Assembly: GCA_963764625.1 (NCBI GenBank)
Contig: CAVXTH010000001.1
Coordinates: 32,001 to 96,000 of the forward strand
Reading direction: 5' to 3'
DNA from: Candidatus Krumholzibacteriota bacterium
GTDB taxonomy: Bacteria > Krumholzibacteriota > Krumholzibacteriia > JAJRXK01
Length of the DNA stretch: 64,000 nt
Positions 21,187 to 33,236 of the stretch are shown piece by piece. The translations under genes were made by a program, and so were the position numbers. Position 1 is the stretch's first letter. Each line of letters opens with the position of its first letter. Below the pieces are notes generated by a model, which was given only the letters and a program-made list of their open reading frames with translations, searched no databases and had not been told where the DNA came from.

Positions 21187-22417
21187 GGCGCAACGCCTCC
21201 ACCGGATCGAGCTGACTCGCCTTGTGGGCCGGAATGGTGCCGAAGAGAATGCCCAAGGCCAGGGTGGTGCCGATGCCCAGCGCCACCGCCTGCAATTGGA
21301 TGCTGGCCGGAATGGGACTCAGGGCGCTCACCACGAGCGCCAGAATGAACCCGAGGAGGGTTCCCATGATTCCCCCCACCACACTGAGGGTGACCGCCTC
21401 CACCAGGAACTGCCAGAGGATGTTGTTGCGCGTGGCGCCCAGTGCTTTGCGCACGCCGATCTCGCGCGTGCGGTCGGTCACCGACACCAGCATCACGTTC
21501 ATCAGCACGATGCCACCGACGATGAGACTGATACTCACCGTCGCCACCAGGACATTGCGAATGTAGCCCTGAATCTTCTTCCACAATTCGAGAAGGATCT
21601 CGCTGGTCACGATGGCGAAATCGTTCTCGTCGCCTGGATGCAGGCGGTGACGGATCCGCAGCGCCATGCTTGCCTCGTCGATGACCCGATCGACCTCGTT
21701 CACATCCTTGGCCTTGATGCGGATCTCCACGCTCTCGTGGGCCGCGAACTGTTTCTGCCAGGTGCTCAAAGGGATGATGACGAAACGGTCGCGACTACTC
21801 CCCAGTACGGTTCCGCGCTTGGCCAGCGTGCCGATCACGGTGTAGCGTCGATCGCCGATCTTGATTCTCTGCCCCACCGGATCGCGGTTTTCACCAAAGA
21901 GCTTCTGCGCGATCTCGAAGCCAAGCACGCACACCGCTTTCGAACGCTCCACATCGAGCTGTGCGAGATGGCGGCCCGAGGCCAGCGGAACGTCTTCGAT
22001 CGCGGGGTACACTTCGGTGCGCCCGTCCACCTCGATGTCTTCCAGGCGTTCGTCGTGCCACCGCACCAGAGTGGTGATGGACTGCTTGGCCCCCACCGCC
22101 AGAGCCGAAGGCGCGTGCTCGCGCAGGTAGTCGACGTCCGCCAGGGTGAGCTTGGGGTTGTAGAGGGAATCCATGAAAGCGTCGACGTCGGTGATGAATT
22201 GCAGTCCGTTGACGCGTTCGATACTGAAGACTCCGCTGCCCTCCTCGAGCACTTTCTGGCGCGCGTAAAGATCGATGCCGTCCAGCAGCGACACCACTGT
22301 GATGACCGACATGACACCGACGATGTTGCCGAGCAGCGTGAGAAAAGTGCGCAGCTTGTTGGCGCGCAGGTTCGACAGGGCGATCCCCACGCCCTCGCTC
22401 AGCTGAACGGCCTTCAT
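21179..22417 (-). CDS. MacB/FtsX-type ABC transporter permease
   Basis: NKLRTFLTLLG, GGIVLMNVMLVSVTDRTREIGVRKALGA, LDPVEALRHE. Confidence 0.92.
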   Translation of the reverse strand: MKAVQLSEGVGIALSNLRANKLRTFLTLLGNIVGVMSVITVVSLLDGIDLYARQKVLEEGSGVFSIERVNGLQFITDVDAFMDSLYNPKLTLADVDYLREHAPSALAVGAKQSITTLVRWHDERLEDIEVDGRTEVYPAIEDVPLASGRHLAQLDVERSKAVCVLGFEIAQKLFGENRDPVGQRIKIGDRRYTVIGTLAKRGTVLGSSRDRFVIIPLSTWQKQFAAHESVEIRIKAKDVNEVDRVIDEASMALRIRHRLHPGDENDFAIVTSEILLELWKKIQGYIRNVLVATVSISLIVGGIVLMNVMLVSVTDRTREIGVRKALGATRNNILWQFLVEAVTLSVVGGIMGTLLGFILALVVSALSPIPASIQLQAVALGIGTTLALGILFGTIPAHKASQLDPVEALRHE

Positions 22418-22449
22418 TGGCTCACTCCCGGGGGATCAGACCAGAACGA

Positions 22450-23667
22450 TCAGTCCTGCTTTCCGTCCTTCTCGTCGGTGTTGTCGGCGGAGTCTTCCTT
22501 GGATTTCTTCTCTTCCTTTTGCACCTCGACGTGCTCCTGGCTCTTGAGGGTGCGCAGCGCCGCGAAGGGACCCTCGACCACCACCTCGCCCTCCTTCAGG
22601 CCGGAAGGCACTTCGAAGCGCTCGTTCCCCGCGATGCCCACCTCGACCGGACGAAATTCGACTTCCTTCGACTTGGCTAACACGAACACACCCTCTTTGC
22701 CGTCCCTCTCGACCAAGGAGGCGATGGGAATCGAGAGACAGCTGTCACGCTTGGCCACCGTGATGTCAGCGGTGGCGGACAATCCCGGCCTCACGCCCAC
22801 GATCTTGTCGAGCAGACGCAACACCACCTTGAAGTCGACCGCCTCCTGGCCGAGACCGGTCGAGGAGAAGATGGGGCTGTTGCCCACTTCGGTCACCACG
22901 GCCGAAAAGAGCGTGTCAGGATACGCGTCGATTTCGACGCTCGCTCTCTGGCCCAATTTCACGCGCACGATCTCGGTCTCATCGACTTTGACTTCGGCTT
23001 CCATCGTGTCCAGATCGGCCACGGTGAGCAGCAGCGTGCCGGGGTTGTTCATGGTGCCGATGATGGCGTTCTCGCCCACCTCGATGTTGAGCCGGGTCAC
23101 GATTCCGCTGATCGGCGCACTCAGGGTGACCTTGCTCAGGTCATGACGCACGCGGGTGAGGTTGGCCTTGGCCTGGTCGACGCGGGCCTGCGCCGCGTGC
23201 ACCTGAGCTGTCTGCACTTTCACCGCGGTGTTGGCCGATTCGTATTGATCGGTGGTATTGAGGCCCTGATCGATCAGCTTCTGGGCGCGCTTGAGGTCGA
23301 GCTGGGCTTTTTCCTGGTTCGCCTTGGCCAGGGCCAGATCTCCTTGCGCGCTCTGAAGCCCGGCTTCTTGGGCCGAGACGAGCGAGCGGTATTCCTCGGG
23401 ATCGATCTCCAGCAGGAAATCGCCCTTGTGCACCACGTCGCCCTCCTGCACCGCCAGGCGGGTGATCTTGCCCATGATGGTGGCGCTCACGTCGACACTG
23501 CTTTTGGGTTCCAGCTTTCCGCTCGCGTTGACCACTTCGGTCAAGGGCCCGCGCGTCACGGAGTCGACGCGCACCTTGGTGAGCTTCTCGCGGCTGGCCA
23601 GGTTGACCAGGATGAGAATCCCCAGGACCACGACGACGCCGATGGCGATCCAGACCTTCTTCTTCAT
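22450..23667 (-). CDS. MacA/YknX-like periplasmic adaptor (membrane fusion protein)
   Basis: N-terminal TM, lipoyl halves VQEGDVVHKGD and APISG, coiled hairpin. Confidence 0.9.
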   Translation of the reverse strand: MKKKVWIAIGVVVVLGILILVNLASREKLTKVRVDSVTRGPLTEVVNASGKLEPKSSVDVSATIMGKITRLAVQEGDVVHKGDFLLEIDPEEYRSLVSAQEAGLQSAQGDLALAKANQEKAQLDLKRAQKLIDQGLNTTDQYESANTAVKVQTAQVHAAQARVDQAKANLTRVRHDLSKVTLSAPISGIVTRLNIEVGENAIIGTMNNPGTLLLTVADLDTMEAEVKVDETEIVRVKLGQRASVEIDAYPDTLFSAVVTEVGNSPIFSSTGLGQEAVDFKVVLRLLDKIVGVRPGLSATADITVAKRDSCLSIPIASLVERDGKEGVFVLAKSKEVEFRPVEVGIAGNERFEVPSGLKEGEVVVEGPFAALRTLKSQEHVEVQKEEKKSKEDSADNTDEKDGKQD

Positions 23668-23707
23668 CTCCGTCGTCGCCGCGTATGGGGGCGACTCTCA
23701 CCTCCGC

Positions 23708-24490
23708 CTACATGAAGATGGCGTACATCAACAGGCCGAAGCCGTTGCCCAGGACCCAGGGCACCGCGGCCGCGATCCACGCTCTCTGCGTGCTGAGCCG
23801 ATGCACCACTTGAAAACCGATTGCCAGAAGGATGAGCTCCCAGATCGAAAAGAAGTTCGTGAACGCCTGCAGCGCTTTATACGCGATGCTCGAGGAATCC
23901 GCACCCGCTCCCAGTAGCCCCGAGAGAGGCGCCAGAGAGTAGCCCACCGTCATCGCCGAGCCCTTGGCCAGGACCAGAGGTACCGTGGCCAGAAGCGCTA
24001 GACCTCCTCCCACCCAGGTGGCCAGAAAAACCACGTCGAGGGTGGACTTGAAGCCCTTCCTGCCCCCCACCGCCATGCAGGCCAGCCAGTAAAAGATGGC
24101 GCCGATGGCGAAGCTGACGGTGCCTCCCGCCCCGGCCTCCACCGCCGTCACCAGACGCCTGCCGATCGTGGGGGTCTTGGCTTCCTCGATCTTCTTCAGA
24201 TAGTCTTCGTTTTCCCGGAGCTTGTCTCCGAAGGGACCGTTCAGCGCAGCCTGCATCTGCTCGGGACCGCTGATGTGGGCGATGAGCCCGCTTCCCAATC
24301 CCACCGCCAGTAGGACCGCCAGTACGCCCACCCAGGGTTGGGTGCGCCGCGCCACCGCCTCGAAGGTGGCTTGGGGCGACACGATGACACTCAGCAAGCG
24401 CGCGAACCCCTGCGGCCCACCCTCCTCTACTCTTGGCGGCGGCGGCGCGAGCGTCGTCGCGTCTTCGGTGGGAAAGTGATCCGACTGCAT
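23708..24490 (-). CDS. Yip1 family membrane protein (YknW-like)
   Basis: VIVSPQATF motif, about 5 TM helices, upstream of the adaptor. Confidence 0.75.
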   Translation of the reverse strand: MQSDHFPTEDATTLAPPPPRVEEGGPQGFARLLSVIVSPQATFEAVARRTQPWVGVLAVLLAVGLGSGLIAHISGPEQMQAALNGPFGDKLRENEDYLKKIEEAKTPTIGRRLVTAVEAGAGGTVSFAIGAIFYWLACMAVGGRKGFKSTLDVVFLATWVGGGLALLATVPLVLAKGSAMTVGYSLAPLSGLLGAGADSSSIAYKALQAFTNFFSIWELILLAIGFQVVHRLSTQRAWIAAAVPWVLGNGFGLLMYAIFM

Positions 24491-24553
24491 CCTGACCTCC
24501 TGCGCGTCTCACCGGCCCCTGGCTACTCTTTAGCGGGTGAGCCGGCGAAAAGT

Positions 24554-25585
24554 TTAGTCCTCCCGTGAAGGACCGCCCAAACGGCAGCGCTCCAGAAAGG
24601 CGCGCAGACCCCGGCCGGTTTCCTGCATGGGATGTTTGGTTTCCTCTTCACGCTTCTGCGTCAGCCAGGGCGAACCGGCGGCGCGTTCTTCTAGAAACGC
24701 ACGCGCGAAGCGCCCGTCCTCGATTTCGTCCAGAAGCTCCTCCATCGCCGCCCGGCTCTCCTTGCCGATCACCCGGGGTCCAGCGCGCAGGCCGCCGTAG
24801 GCGGCGGTGGGCGAGATGCCCTCCCGCATGCCATCCACTCCTTTTCGGTGCACCAGATCGGTGATGATTTTCACCTCGTGCAAGCATTCGAAGTACGCGC
24901 CCTCGGCGCTGTAGCCACGCGCGACCAAAAGCTCCCAGGCCGCGGTGATGAGTTCGATGAGGCCGCCACAGAGTACGGTCTGTTCGCCGAAGAGATCGCT
25001 TACCGCCTCCTCGCGAAATGAGCTCGCGAATCCGCCGCCCCCCAGCGCACCACAGGCCCGGGCGTAGGCGAGGGCCACCCGCAGACTTTCCTCCAGCTTG
25101 GGGCCCTGGGCCCCGATGAGCCCGGGCAGTCCACCACCGTTCTGAAAGGACGCGCGCAGGGCGTGACCCTGTCCCTTGGGCGCCACCAGGAGGACCCGCC
25201 GCTCGGGTTCGAGTTCGATGAGATCGAAGGCCACCGCGAAGCCGTGGGAGAAGGCGAGGTAGGCATCAGGGTCCATGACCCCGCGCAGCTGTTCTGCATA
25301 GACGCCGGCGTGGAGTTCGTCGGGGAGCAGCAGCATCACCAGGAAGGCGCCCTTTGCGGCGGAGGCAAAATCCCGCACCTCGAAACCGGCCTCGCGCGCG
25401 GCCGGCGCGTACCGGCTTTCCTTGCGCAGACCCACCACCACCTCCATGCCGCTGTCGCGCAGATTGAGCGCGTGAGCGTGCCCCTGGTTGCCGTAGCCCA
25501 GGATGGCGATGCGGCGTCCTTTCAAGAGCGAGAGGTCGCCATCCTCCAGATCGAAGTGGCGGCGGGTTGTGAGCGGCTGCGTCAT
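24554..25585 (-). CDS. ilvC: ketol-acid reductoisomerase
   Basis: GYGNQGHAHALNLRDSG, DLFGEQTVLCGG, AYFECLHE. Confidence 0.95.
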   Translation of the reverse strand: MTQPLTTRRHFDLEDGDLSLLKGRRIAILGYGNQGHAHALNLRDSGMEVVVGLRKESRYAPAAREAGFEVRDFASAAKGAFLVMLLLPDELHAGVYAEQLRGVMDPDAYLAFSHGFAVAFDLIELEPERRVLLVAPKGQGHALRASFQNGGGLPGLIGAQGPKLEESLRVALAYARACGALGGGGFASSFREEAVSDLFGEQTVLCGGLIELITAAWELLVARGYSAEGAYFECLHEVKIITDLVHRKGVDGMREGISPTAAYGGLRAGPRVIGKESRAAMEELLDEIEDGRFARAFLEERAAGSPWLTQKREEETKHPMQETGRGLRAFLERCRLGGPSRED

Positions 25586-25776
25586 GGTGGCTGGCGGCGC
25601 GAAGCCGCAGGCGGGAAGGTGAGTTGGGGCCTTGTCTTAGATCCTAGTCCCGCGGCCTTGAGGGGACAAGGGGATCTGCCCGAGAAGCCCAGGTTTGACA
25701 CTGCTTCGCCCTCAAGATACCTTTGCTCCTTGCTCGCGCCCGCCCTATGAAGAGAAGGTACGGACGCGTTGAAGGG

Positions 25777-25853
25777 GCCGGCGTAGCTCAGTTGGTTAGA
25801 GCAGCGGAATCATAATCCGCGTGTCCGGGGTTCGAATCCCTGCGCCGGCACCA
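25777..25853 (+). tRNA. tRNA-CAT (most likely elongator tRNA-Met)
   Basis: GCCGGCGTAGCTCAGTTGGTTAGAGCAGCGGAAT-CAT-AATCCGC...GCACCA; G1-C72 paired and no GGG/CCC anticodon stem, so not initiator. Confidence 0.92.
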
Positions 25854-25884
25854 CCAGTTCCCGCCCTGAAACGGGAGGACCATC

Positions 25885-27298
25885 GTGGCTTCCTCCTTGA
25901 TTCCGATCGATTTGCTGTCTCCGCTCAGGGAGCTTCCGCCGGCGCGCGGAGGACTCCTTTTGGGTGAGCGTCTGGTGGTGGCGCTCTCGGGCGGCGCCGA
26001 CTCGGTGACTCTGTTGGATCTGCTCCTGCGCCTTGCGAAGGAACGCGAGCTGCACCTCTTGGCGGCGCACCTCGACCACGGTCTGCGCGAAGCGAGCGCT
26101 CAGGACGCCGCGTTCTGCCGCGAGCTCTGCGCGGCGCGCGGGGTGGAGCTGGTTCAGGAAACCGCTGACCCGCGCGCGGAGGCCGAAGAGGAGGGACTCG
26201 GGCTGGAGGCCGCGAGCCGTCAGCTGCGCTACGCGTTTCTCGATCGCGTGCGTGAGTCGCGGGGAATGGATCGGGTGTGCACCGCGCACCACCTGGACGA
26301 TCACCTCGAAACCCTTCTGCTCTGGCTCTTCCGGGGCTGCGGGCCGGCGGGAATGGAGGGAATTCGCGCGCGGACGATCGATCGGGTGCGGCCTCTGCGA
26401 GAGTTCACCCGCGCGCAAATTCGCGACTACGCGAGCATGCGCGGCCTGAAGTTCCGCGAAGACGAGAGCAATGCCGCGCTCACTTTCCGCCGCAATCGGA
26501 TCCGTCACGAACTCATCCCGCGGCTGGGGGAGATCTTCGACGAAGGGGCGTTGCGTCATCTGGGGGACTTCGCCCGGCGCTGCGCCGCGCTCTCGAGCTG
26601 GCTCACCGAGCAGGCCGAGAGCGCGCGGGCCTCGCTCGCCCGCGCGCCCGAGACCCCTCTGAGCGCTGAGCTGAGTCCTGGGGCCTTCGAAATCCTCGAC
26701 CGGCCCGGATTTTGCGCCCTGGCGGAGCCGGTCCAGCTGGAAATTCTGCGCCGCATCGCGCGCGAATTGGAGCCCTCGGGGCCCCAGTACTGGAACGAGG
26801 AGAACCTGTTACGCCTGCGCGAATTCGCGCTGCAAGCGCCCACGGGACGACGCTTTCCCCTGGCGCGGGGCGGGTGGCTCACCGTCGATCGCGAGCGCCT
26901 GCGTTTTTCGGCTCCGGGGACGGATGAGGAGAGGAAGCCGCCGTCGGCCCGGCTTTTGGTGGAGCTTTTGCCCGCGGGAGGGGATGGGGTTACTATGACA
27001 GCTAGGAACTCCACCCAGATCGATGCGGACAAAATCCATGGAGACTTGAACTTGCGGTTCTTCCGGCCCGGAGATCGCATGCGGGTGGAAGGATTGCCCG
27101 GGCGCAAGAAAGTGGCAGAACTTTATCGCGAGTACGGTGTTCCCGCCGACCACCGCTCTTTGATGTGGGTCGTGGAAGACGACGAGGGAATCGTGTGGAC
27201 GGTGGGAGTCGCCACCTCACAGCGCTGTCGAATCACGGACGAAACGCGGAGAGTTCTGCGTTTGAGCGTGCAACCTCAGAAGAAGGAATCCGATCTCG

Positions 27299-27312
<14 letters not shown>
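25885..27312 (+). CDS. tilS: tRNA(Ile)-lysidine synthetase
   Basis: SGGADS PP-loop, TAHHLDD, RPL, EDESN, RNRIRH, TilS_C RPGDRM. Confidence 0.92.
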
Positions 27313-29344
<2,032 letters not shown>

Positions 29345-29374
29345 CGGCCTTTGATTTGCTAGAATGAAAGTCCG

Positions 29375-30337
29375 GTGGAGCCTCCACCGGACTTATCTTT
29401 TCTCGCTGACAAGGTCGCCATGCCCCCCTCCCGTACAGCCCTGGCCCATTCGCCGAGCTTTTGGCCACATCGGCCTCTGATCATGGGGATCGTGAACGTC
29501 ACCCCCGATTCGTTCAGCGACAGGGGCCGCCACTTCCACTGGGAGGACGCGGTCAGCTTCGGTCTGCGTCTGGCGGCCGAGGGCGCCGACCTCCTGGACA
29601 TCGGAGGCGAGAGCACGAGGCCCGGCGCCCCCGCCGTCGACACCGAGGAGGAGCTGAGGCGCGTGCTTCCGGTGGTGCGCGTTCTTTCCGGGGAGCTGAA
29701 GCTCCCCTTGAGCATCGACACGCGCAGAGCCGAGGTGGCACGAGGGGCCTTGAGCTGCGGAGCTCACTGGGTCAACGACGTGAGTGCCCTGCGTGACCCC
29801 GCCATGGCGCAGCTCGTGGCCGAGACCGGCGCCGGTCTCATCCTCATGCACATGCAAGGGGAGCCGGCCACCATGCAGAAGGATCCGCACTACCAGAACG
29901 CGGTCGCAGAGATCGCCGAGTTCCTGAAGAGCCGGGCGCTGATGGCTGAAGCGGCGGGCGTGGACCGCTCGCGCATCTGGCTGGATCCGGGGATCGGCTT
30001 CGGCAAGACGATCCAGCACAACCTGCAGATCTTCGCCGCCCTCGACCGTTTGGCGCAGCTGGGCTACCCTGTAGTTCTGGGAGCCAGCCGCAAGCGCTTC
30101 ATCGCTCAGCTCAACGAGGCGGCGCAGGTCCAGGACAGGCTCGCGGGCAGTTTGGCCGCAGCCGGTCTCTGTCTTCGCTTGCGTCGAAGCGTGATTCGCG
30201 TCCACGATGTGGCCGCGACGCGTCAGTACCTCACGGTGCGGCGCGCCCTTCAGGCCGGAGTGCCCCTGCCCTGGGAGCCTTCGGGACTGGATCGAATCGA
30301 AGAATACCCCGCTCCTTCGACGCACGAAGAGGAGTAG
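29375..30337 (+). CDS. folP: dihydropteroate synthase
   Basis: MGIVNVTPDSFSD, GGESTRPG, DPGIGFGK, SRK, RVHDV; start uncertain. Confidence 0.95.
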   Translation: MEPPPDLSFLADKVAMPPSRTALAHSPSFWPHRPLIMGIVNVTPDSFSDRGRHFHWEDAVSFGLRLAAEGADLLDIGGESTRPGAPAVDTEEELRRVLPVVRVLSGELKLPLSIDTRRAEVARGALSCGAHWVNDVSALRDPAMAQLVAETGAGLILMHMQGEPATMQKDPHYQNAVAEIAEFLKSRALMAEAAGVDRSRIWLDPGIGFGKTIQHNLQIFAALDRLAQLGYPVVLGASRKRFIAQLNEAAQVQDRLAGSLAAAGLCLRLRRSVIRVHDVAATRQYLTVRRALQAGVPLPWEPSGLDRIEEYPAPSTHEEE

Positions 30338-30363
30338 GGCAAAACAGAATCAACACGAGGGAC

Positions 30364-31227
30364 TTGGAATTGGGTACGCTCCTGGAACTCTTGCGCAGCT
30401 ACTACATTCTGGATCTACTCGACATCCTCATCGTCGCGTTCCTGTTCTACCGCCTCTACCTGATCATCCGTGGCACCCGCGCGATCCAGATGTTCCTGGG
30501 GCTCGGCGTTTTGTTCCTCTTCTCCTCGCTCGCGCAGAGCTTCGGTCTCACGCTTCTGGATCGCATCATCGTGAGCCTGCAGACCGTGTGGCTCATCGGG
30601 TTCATCATCATCTTTCAGCCCGAACTGCGCCGCGCTCTCACCTATTTGGGACAGACCCGTTACCTGCGCCGCTTTCTGACCGAGAGCCGGCCGGAAATGG
30701 TGGACGAAATTCTCCTCACGGTGTCCAGGCTGCAGAAGGCGGGACTGGGCGCGATTCTGGTGCTGCAGCGTAACACCGGCCTCAAGACGCACGTGGAAAC
30801 CGGCACCGTCATCGACGCCAAGATCAGGGCCACCTTGTTGGAGACCATCTTTACTCCGCCGACTCCGCTGCACGACGGCGCGGTGATCTTGCAGCACGAC
30901 CGCATCGTCGCCGCCGGATGCATCTTGCCCCTGTCGCGCAACGAGCACCTGGCCTACACCCTGGGCACGCGGCATCGAGCCGCGCTGGGCATCACCGAGG
31001 AGAGCGACGCCCTGGCGATCGTGGTGAGCGAGGAGAACCGGCAGCTCAGCGTGGCCGAGGAGGGACGTCTGCGACGGCGTCTCAGCCTGGAGGATCTGGA
31101 AGCGGTGCTACTGGAGATCTACGGCCAGCCCGAGAGCCTGCCCAACCTGGCCGACGAGGAGCTGCGCCCCGACGACTCCCCCAGCGCCGAGCGCACTGAG
31201 CGCCCCGAACACCACCACACCCTCTAG
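30364..31227 (+). CDS. cdaA: membrane diadenylate cyclase CdaA
   Basis: 3 TM helices, FQPELRRAL, HDGAV, GTRHRAALG, VSEE. Confidence 0.93.
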   Translation: MELGTLLELLRSYYILDLLDILIVAFLFYRLYLIIRGTRAIQMFLGLGVLFLFSSLAQSFGLTLLDRIIVSLQTVWLIGFIIIFQPELRRALTYLGQTRYLRRFLTESRPEMVDEILLTVSRLQKAGLGAILVLQRNTGLKTHVETGTVIDAKIRATLLETIFTPPTPLHDGAVILQHDRIVAAGCILPLSRNEHLAYTLGTRHRAALGITEESDALAIVVSEENRQLSVAEEGRLRRRLSLEDLEAVLLEIYGQPESLPNLADEELRPDDSPSAERTERPEHHHTL

Positions 31228-31598
31228 GGCGAGCTTTCCTGCCCCTCGGGCTCGACGCCGGCGGAGAGCCCCCGGCATCGAAGAGCCGCTCCGCCGACCC
31301 GAGGAGCGACCCGGCGGGCGCACCGACCCCGCCGTCCGCTCGACCTCTTGAACCGCTCCAACGCGTGGGGCAGGCGATCCGCAGGGCGAAGGCACCCCAG
31401 CGCCACCGGCCTGCGCCCCGCCAGGAGTGCAGACCCGAGGCCAGAGCGGACAGCGAGCCGCGCGTGAATGTATAACGCGTTGTATTTAAATACGTTAAAG
31501 CGGCAACCCAGGAGCCAGTCTGGAGGCCGGGCCCCGCGGGGGAGCTGACAACCTCTGCTTGCGGAGGCGGATTGTCCCTGAAACGGGACAGCTTGAGT

Positions 31599-33218
31599 TC
31601 AGTCCTTCAGCCAGGTGGGAAGGGCGACCGTCTGCTCCTGCAAGAGCTTCACGAAGACGGCCACCGTGTCCGGACAGAACTGGGTGCGCGCCTTGGTCGA
31701 GAGATGCCAGATGGCCTCCTTCAGGCCCATCCCCTCGCTGTAGGTGCGGTTGGAGGTCATGGCGTCGAAGGAGTCGGCCACGGTGACGATGCGCGCTCCC
31801 AAACTGATCTCCTCACCCTTGAGGTGATCAGGATACCCCTCACCGTCCCAGCGCTCGTGGTGGTGACGCACCATCTTGCGCGCCTGTTTCAAGAAGAGAA
31901 TCTTGCGCAGGATCCGGTCCCCCATGGCGGGGTGCTCCTTCATGATCTCCAGTTCCTCGTCGGTGAGGCGGCCCGGTTTGTTCAGGATTCCCTCGTGGAT
32001 GCCGATCTTGCCGATGTCGTGCAGGGTCGCCCCCAACCGCACATCCTCCAGAGCCTCGCGGCTGAAGCTCATCGCCTGCGCGATGCTCAGCGCGTAACGG
32101 CTGACGCGCGCGGTGTGGCCGCGGGTGTAGGTGTCCTTGGCTTCCATGGCCGACATCAGACTCTGAATCGTCGCCACGTAGCTCTCTTGCAGCTTCTTGA
32201 AGAGCTCGGCCTTCTCCATCGCGATGCCGGTCGACGCGAGCAGGCTGGAGAGAAGCATTTGATCCGCCAGCTCGAAGGAGCGGCCTTTGAGCTTGGGGCC
32301 CAAAAAGAGCAGACCCGCAAGGCGGTTTCCCGTGAGGATGGGCGCCACCAGGGCGAACCCCATCTCCTTCAGGTGCTGCAGGTCGCGTCCCAGCGTCACC
32401 CCCTGGGGAATCTCATTGAAGTCGATGCTCTGCGCGTGTTTCTCGATGGACTTGAGAAAGGAAGTCTCGTGCTGGAGGTGGACGCTCTGAATTTCGATGC
32501 GATCTACACCCTTGGCCGAATGCAGCTCGAGCACCTGGTCGTCCTTCTTGGTGGCGAAAATGGCGGCCGATTCGATCACGAGCTGTCCCATGACCGTGAG
32601 CAGAAGAATGTTGATCTGGTCGTCGACGTCGATCGAGGAGTTGATCTGGTGGCTGACGTCGAAGAGGGCGCGCTGACTCAGAAGCTGCACCTTGAGTTGG
32701 CGGTACGCCACATTCAGTTCGCGCTGTCCCTCATCGAGTTCGCTCGTGAGCTCGACGTTCTGGCGTGAGAGAGTACGGCTCAGAGCGAGACTGCTCAGCG
32801 CATGCTCCACCCGCGCCACGATTACCTCGGGACTCATGGTGTGAACCAAATAGTCCTGCGCTCCGGCCTGGAACGCCTGACGCGTGGCGCTCTCGTCGCC
32901 GCTCGCGCCACACACGAGCACCGGGACCCCTCCCGACTCGCCCTCGCGCAGACTCAGGCGCGAACACAATGAAAGACCGGAAAGATCGGGAAGATCTCGA
33001 TCCACCAGAACGAGATCGATGCGTTGCGCGTGGAAGTACTTGAGTCCCTGGCTTCCGTCGACCGCCACCAGGACTTCGTATCCGCTCTCGACGAGAACCC
33101 GGCTGATCAATCCCCGGTGCAGAGGATCCGAGTCGATCACGAGAATGCGCTGAGGGGGGGCCGAAATGCGAAGCGCCAAGTCTGAACCTTCTCCCCGAAT
33201 CGTGGTGAATCCGCTCAT
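31599..33218 (-). CDS. REC-GAF-HD-GYP cyclic-dinucleotide phosphodiesterase
   Basis: atypical REC; EAKDTYTRGH, LHDIGK, HHERWDGEGYP, ADSFDAM all intact. Confidence 0.9.
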   Translation of the reverse strand: MSGFTTIRGEGSDLALRISAPPQRILVIDSDPLHRGLISRVLVESGYEVLVAVDGSQGLKYFHAQRIDLVLVDRDLPDLSGLSLCSRLSLREGESGGVPVLVCGASGDESATRQAFQAGAQDYLVHTMSPEVIVARVEHALSSLALSRTLSRQNVELTSELDEGQRELNVAYRQLKVQLLSQRALFDVSHQINSSIDVDDQINILLLTVMGQLVIESAAIFATKKDDQVLELHSAKGVDRIEIQSVHLQHETSFLKSIEKHAQSIDFNEIPQGVTLGRDLQHLKEMGFALVAPILTGNRLAGLLFLGPKLKGRSFELADQMLLSSLLASTGIAMEKAELFKKLQESYVATIQSLMSAMEAKDTYTRGHTARVSRYALSIAQAMSFSREALEDVRLGATLHDIGKIGIHEGILNKPGRLTDEELEIMKEHPAMGDRILRKILFLKQARKMVRHHHERWDGEGYPDHLKGEEISLGARIVTVADSFDAMTSNRTYSEGMGLKEAIWHLSTKARTQFCPDTVAVFVKLLQEQTVALPTWLKD

Positions 33219-33236
33219 GGGACCATCTCGTTTCGG

